From Candidatus Melainabacteria bacterium (GTDB lineage: Bacteria; Cyanobacteriota; Vampirovibrionia; Vampirovibrionales; JAJTHC01), in assembly GCA_026389055.1 (NCBI GenBank), contig JAPLIO010000165.1, positions 1 to 32,594 on the forward strand: a DNA stretch of 32,594 bases, given 5' to 3'. A program made the position numbers and the translations under genes. Each line of letters begins with the position of its first letter. Position 1 is the first letter of the stretch. Below are positions 28,235-32,594 of the stretch, piece after piece. The notes beneath the pieces are model-generated. The model was not told the origin of the DNA and did not search any database. It worked only from the letters and a program-made list of their open reading frames with translations.

Positions 28235-28654
28235 ATGATGAGTCATCATCCGTTAATTGAAGAAATTAACCAAGAATTCCTAAAAACAGACCGCCCCAGC
28301 ATTTTCCCTGGCGATTCTGTGCGTGTAAACGTATTGATTCGTGAAGGCAGCAAAGAGCGGGTTCAAGCCTTTGAAGGCGTGGTTTTGGCTAAACGTGGCG
28401 GTGGTATTAACACCACGTTTGTTGTGCGGAAAGTATTCCAAGGCGTTAGCGTAGAACGCTCGTTCTTCTTGCATTCACCTAAAGTGGAAAGCATCAAAAT
28501 TATTCGCCGTGGTAAAGTGCGTCGTGCAAAACTTTACTTCTTGCGTGAACGGATTGGTAAATCTGCCCGTATTCGTGAAAAAACCACGGGTTACGCAACC
28601 ATCAATAAATTTGGCAACATTTTGTTGGCGAACCCTACTACGCCTAAAAAGTAG
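28235..28654 (+). CDS. rplS: 50S ribosomal protein L19
   Basis: PGDSVRV...EG.KERVQAFEGVV, TFVVRK...GVSVER.F..HSP, RRGKVRRAKLYFLR. Confidence 0.98.
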   Translation: MMSHHPLIEEINQEFLKTDRPSIFPGDSVRVNVLIREGSKERVQAFEGVVLAKRGGGINTTFVVRKVFQGVSVERSFFLHSPKVESIKIIRRGKVRRAKLYFLRERIGKSARIREKTTGYATINKFGNILLANPTTPKK

Positions 28655-28664
28655 ACTTCTTTTT

Positions 28665-28810
28665 AAGAAAGCTCTGCAAAAGTCTCCATAAGGCGTGCTA
28701 ACTTCGTTATTGTGGTACTCATTTCGGTTATTTACTATTTGTAAACGCCCTTATTGCGTTCCTCATGCCTCGTTATCCCATCCTTCTGAAACCTTTTGCA
28801 AAACTTTCTA
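28665..28810. mobile_element. RPE-1-like palindromic element, copy D (146 bp), between rplS and rbgA
   Basis: AGAAAGCTCTGCAAAAG ... CTTTTGCAAAACTTTCT inverted ends; interior aligns with copy A (AGGCGTGCTA...GGTACTC...GGTTAT...ACGCCC...CGTTCC...TGCCT...TATC.CATCCT). Confidence 0.8.
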
Positions 28811-28890
28811 AACCCATTAAAAGTGCGGGTGGATTATTCAATCTCTTCCCGCACTTTTTTTCACTCCCGAAAAAGGGGCTTTTCTTTACA

Positions 28891-29793
28891 ATGATGATGA
28901 TGACACAACAATTGAGCGAAACCAAAACCCACGCCTCGCATAGCGTACAGTGGTACCCAGGGCATATCGCCAAGTGGGACAAACAACTGCTCGAAGCCCT
29001 CAAAAAAGTCGATGTAGTCATTGAGGTGCTAGACGCCCGCCTACCGCTGCTTAGCAGACATCCCGAACTCAATTTACGCCTAGACCGCAAACCCATTATT
29101 ACCGTCCTCAACAAATCCGAATTAGCAGACCCTGAAGCCACAGAAGCGTGGCAACAGTGGTTCAAACGCTTTGGCTGCGGACCTACCGTGCTGTTTGACG
29201 CCCACCACGGAGCGAAATATCGCAATAAATTGATTCAAGCTATTGCCAGTGCAGGAGCGGAAGCCGTGGAAAAATGGCAAGCTAAGGGGCTAAAAGCCCG
29301 CCCCGTGCGAGTGATGGTTGTCGGCATGCCCAACGTGGGTAAATCTAGCATTATTAACTGTTTGGTCGGGCTGAAAAAGGTCAAAACGGGGCATAAAGCT
29401 GGCGTAACCCGCACCTCCCAATGGATTCGGATTCATCCGCAAGTCGATTTACTCGATAGCCCGGGCATCATCCCCCCCAAGCTGGAAAGCGATGAACAGG
29501 GGCATTGGCTGGCACTGGTTAGCTCCATTGGCGAAGCGGCGTTTGATGAAGAACGCGTCGGTTTATTCATTTTGCAAGCACTCCAACAACGGTATCAAGC
29601 CTTGCTACAAGCCCATTTCGGCTTCACGACTGAAAGCCTCAACACCCCATGGACGCTGGAACAAATTGGCGTGCAAAAATGCCTGCTAAAACACGGCGGT
29701 GTGCCAGATGCTAAACGGGCAGCCCAAGTGCTTTTGCGGGATGTTCGGCAAGGCAAAATAGGACGGCTCACCTTTGAAGCACCCCCTGCCTAA
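28891..29793 (+). CDS. rbgA: Ribosome biogenesis GTPase YlqF/RbgA
   Basis: VQWYPGH, EVLDARLP, LNKSEL, GMPNVGKSSIIN, AGVTR, LLDSPGI. Start placed at the ATG run 28891-28902 because the upstream ORF extension derives from the repeat. Confidence 0.95.
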   Translation: MMMMTQQLSETKTHASHSVQWYPGHIAKWDKQLLEALKKVDVVIEVLDARLPLLSRHPELNLRLDRKPIITVLNKSELADPEATEAWQQWFKRFGCGPTVLFDAHHGAKYRNKLIQAIASAGAEAVEKWQAKGLKARPVRVMVVGMPNVGKSSIINCLVGLKKVKTGHKAGVTRTSQWIRIHPQVDLLDSPGIIPPKLESDEQGHWLALVSSIGEAAFDEERVGLFILQALQQRYQALLQAHFGFTTESLNTPWTLEQIGVQKCLLKHGGVPDAKRAAQVLLRDVRQGKIGRLTFEAPPA

Positions 29794-30433
29794 CCACCCC
29801 CTGTTTGAATTCGACGAAGCCCACTGCCCACAAGGCTTGTGCCTGTTTGGGGTAGATGAAGTGGGGCGGGGTAGCCTAATGGGACCCGTAACGGCAGGGG
29901 CTTTTTCGTGGAAGTGCCTTGAACAAGCCACACCTGAAGACCTACATCTGCTGGGCTTTTTGAACGATTCTAAAAAACTTTCGCCCGCCAAACGAGCCGC
30001 CTTAGTGCCTGTTTTGCACCGTTTGGGGTGGTGGGGTATTGGCGAAGCGAGTATCGAAGAAATTGCGGCGTTAAACATTCAGCAGGCTTCTTTTTTGGCG
30101 GGTTGGCGAGCTATACAAGCACTGGAAACCCAACAGGGGCGGGCTATTTCGCCTAGCACTCATTTTTTGTTGATGGATGGTCGGTTGAAATTGCCGCAGT
30201 ACCCCCTAAACGCCCAATTGGCGGTGGTTGGGGGCGATGCTCAATCTGCGGTGGTGGCGGGGGCTTCTATTTTAGCGAAAGAATACAGGGATGCTTGGGT
30301 AAAGCAGGTGGCACAGGGCTTTTCGGGGTATGGGTGGGAACGCAATATGGGTTATGCCACGGCGGCACATCGGCTAGCCATTCAGCAATTGGGCGTTACC
30401 CCCCTCCACCGCCCCAGCTATAAACTGGGGTAA
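29774..30433 (+). CDS. rnhB: Ribonuclease HII
   Basis: GVDEVGRG.L.GPV, LNDSKKLS, DG, GD..S..VAGASILAK..RD, GY.T..H, HRPSY. Confidence 0.96.
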   Translation: MKHPLPNHPLFEFDEAHCPQGLCLFGVDEVGRGSLMGPVTAGAFSWKCLEQATPEDLHLLGFLNDSKKLSPAKRAALVPVLHRLGWWGIGEASIEEIAALNIQQASFLAGWRAIQALETQQGRAISPSTHFLLMDGRLKLPQYPLNAQLAVVGGDAQSAVVAGASILAKEYRDAWVKQVAQGFSGYGWERNMGYATAAHRLAIQQLGVTPLHRPSYKLG

Positions 30434-30446
30434 ATCCCGTTTCTAA

Positions 30447-30770
30447 TTAAACCCATTGTAGCGGAATGCCTGCTTTTTTCAGCTGTTCGTTCACTACCGC
30501 TTGCACCCAAACTTCCGCAATGCCCCCCAAGGTTAACGCTATTTGATGTGCCAATTTTAAAGTAGGCAACCGCCTGCCTGCTTCATAATCGCAAATGCGT
30601 TGTTTTACTGTACCCAATTGTTGGGCAATTGCTTCTTGGGTTAGGTTGTGTTCCGTGCGATACGCTTCCAACAACGCCCCAAACGTTAGTGCTGGCAAGC
30701 CTAGTTGTTGAAATAATTGCTGGCTACCCGTTGAAGCAGTCGATGGAGTTAAGGCATTTTTAGTAGGCAT
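30447..30770 (-). CDS. HigA-like XRE-family HTH antitoxin
   Basis: LTFGALLEAYR...LTQEAIAQQLG..KQRICDYEAGRRLPT; overlaps the toxin stop. Confidence 0.85.
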   Translation of the reverse strand: MPTKNALTPSTASTGSQQLFQQLGLPALTFGALLEAYRTEHNLTQEAIAQQLGTVKQRICDYEAGRRLPTLKLAHQIALTLGGIAEVWVQAVVNEQLKKAGIPLQWV

Positions 30771-31026
30771 GAGGGGTTAATTCCTCCAATTCTATGAGGG
30801 TTTTGCTGTGTTCACAATAAATAAGACGCCATTGTTGATTGAGCCGAACGCTTCGTTGCCCGAGGCGTTTGCCTTTCAGCGGTTCATCGTGAAAACTAGG
30901 GCGTTTTCGGGTTTCGGCAAGCCCCAATAATTCCACTGCTGTAGCCCATTCTTGAAATTTGGTAACAACCTGCTTGGGTGCTTTGGTAATATCTTTTTTA
31001 AATTGCTTGGTTGTTAAAAAATCCAA
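30760..31026 (-). CDS. HigB/RelE-superfamily toxin (intact)
   Basis: 88 aa, FHDEPLKGKR.GQRSVRLN.QWRLIY...PHAY; AGGAGG SD before TTG; toxin precedes the HTH gene. Confidence 0.87.
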   Translation of the reverse strand: MDFLTTKQFKKDITKAPKQVVTKFQEWATAVELLGLAETRKRPSFHDEPLKGKRLGQRSVRLNQQWRLIYCEHSKTLIELEELTPHAY

Positions 31027-31047
31027 AATACGCCTCCTAATACTTAC

Positions 31048-31076
31048 AGTTTAACCATTTTATGGTTACTTGTCAA
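31048..31076 (-). promoter_or_regulatory. sigma70 promoter with overlapping palindromic operator for the TA operon
   Basis: Minus strand TTGACA-N17-TAAACT; perfect inverted repeat TAACCAT-N3-ATGGTTA (31052-31068) spans the spacer and edge of the -10 box. Confidence 0.8.
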
Positions 31077-31205
31077 CCCTAATAAACAAGAATAGGCTCT
31101 TCATCGTAAAGTTGTTCAGCTACTTTTTTCGCCTTTTGTAAAAGTTGTCAGCTTTTTAAGCTTATGATAGTATGTATAAATTAGTACCTTAATAAGGAAT
31201 AGATA

Positions 31206-31631
31206 ATGACAACATTAGATTTTTCGGAATTTTCAGATTCTGCCAAATTATATTATGGGCAATTGTGTAATTCAAAAAAGAAAAACTTCCTTCCTGCAGT
31301 GCTATTATGGTTTTTTACTGGTGGTTTGGGGTTACATCTCATTTACATTAATAATTACAACCTGACTTCTTGCTGGGTTATATTTACAGTGATTTGCGTT
31401 TTTTTCCCACCTCTTTTTATTCTATGGGGGATCTTATTGTTCCTTCAAGTCTTTTTCTTATTTAGCTGGATTGAAGATAGAAATATAGCTATAAGTAAAG
31501 AATGTTATCAAGATACCGTTGTTATGTTTTCAATTCAACCTAGCCCAAACCTACTGAATGTGAAACCTGATGACCCACAACCTGAAGGCTTTTACAGCAC
31601 TTTAAACATACCATGGGATAGCCCTCTATAG
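31206..31631 (+). CDS. TM2-domain membrane protein
   Basis: KKKNFLPAVLLWFFTGGLGLH..Y matches the TM2 pattern; AAGGA SD; AT-rich relative to neighbours. Confidence 0.7.
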   Translation: MTTLDFSEFSDSAKLYYGQLCNSKKKNFLPAVLLWFFTGGLGLHLIYINNYNLTSCWVIFTVICVFFPPLFILWGILLFLQVFFLFSWIEDRNIAISKECYQDTVVMFSIQPSPNLLNVKPDDPQPEGFYSTLNIPWDSPL

Positions 31632-31688
31632 TATGTTTTAGCCTTTTGGACGGTAATCCACCAGAAGCTTCTACCACGCCATTATTTT

Positions 31689-31756
31689 TGTAGGGGTGCG
31701 ATTTATCGCATCCGTTTCAGGATTGTGGGGCAGACGTGATAAATCACGCCCCTACA
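31689..31756. repeat. GTAG-type REP doublet, copy 2 (inverted relative to copy 1)
   Basis: TGTAGGGGTGCGATTTATCGCATCC...GACGTGATAAATCACGCCCCTACA. Confidence 0.9.
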
Positions 31757-31919
31757 GGTTCAAAAATTTTTTAAACTACTATAAATAGCTTCCCACCAGT
31801 AGGAACGACCATCGCATTTGCCCTGCAGCTGCCGATGCGTTCCGTCCACCAGCGGGGCAAAAAGAACATCCCGCCGTCAATGCCCGTAGTGGCATAGGCG
31901 GGTGGCTTTTTGGGGGGAT

Positions 31920-32005
31920 TTTAGGGGGTACCCCCCTGAATTTGTGGGGGGTGTCGGGGGGCTGTCAAACGACAGTCCCCTGACGAACCAACCAGCTAAA
32001 GCAAG
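31920..32005. repeat. Divergent partial relative of the 2650/7151 repeat
   Basis: Same order of elements: GGGGG-loop-CCCCC hairpin, TTTGYGGGGGGTGT, G-run/CAAA-loop/C-run hairpin, AYGAA...AAGC. Confidence 0.55.
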
Positions 32006-32043
32006 AAACGACAATCGATTATAGAACACGACATTTATTAACC

Positions 32044-32457
32044 CTACCCATTATCTCTTAATTGCCGAAGGGCGTCCCACGGTGCGTGTATTTTTAGCCA
32101 GCGGGCTAGGTCTTCGGGTACTCTCATCCGCACGGTAGGGTCTTTTTTCGGTCTGCCTGCACGAGGTCTGCACCCCCCACGCTTGGTATGAAATTCGCTG
32201 TAATGGCAGTTATTTTTCAAATTGGCTTGTATGCCCACTGCCAACAGTTGCTTGTAATGCTCAAGGGCATCTTCGGCGGTTCGCCCAATGCCTATTTTCC
32301 TAAAACGGTAATGAGTATAAATAAAACTAAGCGACCGCTCATCCCACCACGGTTTTAAATCGCCCACTTGTTTAAGTGTTTTCTCAAGAAAAATTTTCAC
32401 AGTGTCGGAAACATCATCCCAATTGAAAAGGGTTAGGTCAGGAAATCGTCTAAACAT
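32044..32457 (-). CDS. Hypothetical protein, possibly HicB-like domain plus RGG-R--AGRP / ribbon-helix DNA-binding tail
   Basis: GIGRTAEDALEHYKQLL resembles the HicB G-x-T-x-EEA motif; C-terminal RGGCRPRAGRPKKDPTVRMRVPEDLARWLK. Start 32457 (AAGGA upstream) or 32520. Confidence 0.5.
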   Translation of the reverse strand: MFRRFPDLTLFNWDDVSDTVKIFLEKTLKQVGDLKPWWDERSLSFIYTHYRFRKIGIGRTAEDALEHYKQLLAVGIQANLKNNCHYSEFHTKRGGCRPRAGRPKKDPTVRMRVPEDLARWLKIHAPWDALRQLRDNG

Positions 32458-32594
32458 AGTTGGTAAAAATCCTTTCGTTAGGTAGTGGATTGGGGGGTTG
32501 ATAGTTGTCCCAGTAATCATCTATATGCAGAATAAAAGGTTCGGGTCAAATAAACATGAATATGAGCCCAATAATCTAATTTCTTTGTCGATGC

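Noticed and set aside
28765-28890. N-terminal extension of RbgA
   Set aside because: The ATG at 28765 lies inside repeat copy D; homology starts after the ATG run at 28891.
224-30078. Numerous 60-150-aa ORFs antisense to or nested in recognised genes
   Set aside because: Shadow ORFs of conserved genes with no motifs or independent expression signals.

Overview
Mostly housekeeping chromosomal DNA from a bacterium that looks like a non-photosynthetic cyanobacterial relative (Vampirovibrionia/Melainabacteria). This is an inference from a close RpaA orthologue, no HIP1 (GCGATCGC) seen, and an rplS-rbgA-rnhB cluster. Core genes: frr, cdsA, rnc, rpaA-like regulator, ispG, rsmA(ksgA), ispE, murD-ftsW-murG, suhB-like, rplS, rbgA, rnhB. 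Accessory or unusual content: a GGCC-type (NgoPII/HaeIII-like) type II R-M system, two HigBA-like toxin-antitoxin pairs, a protein made of four tandem GntR winged-helix domains, a CDF transporter fused to CBS+CorC/HlyC domains, and a frameshifted msbA-like gene. The most striking non-genic signal is four families of small palindromic repeats. One is a ~146-bp family (4 copies) resembling Rickettsia palindromic element RPE-1. One copy sits in frame inside a toxin gene and another supplies the murG stop codon. No rRNA, tRNA or CRISPR array was recognised. All calls were made by eye from the sequence and ORF track; no database searches were run.
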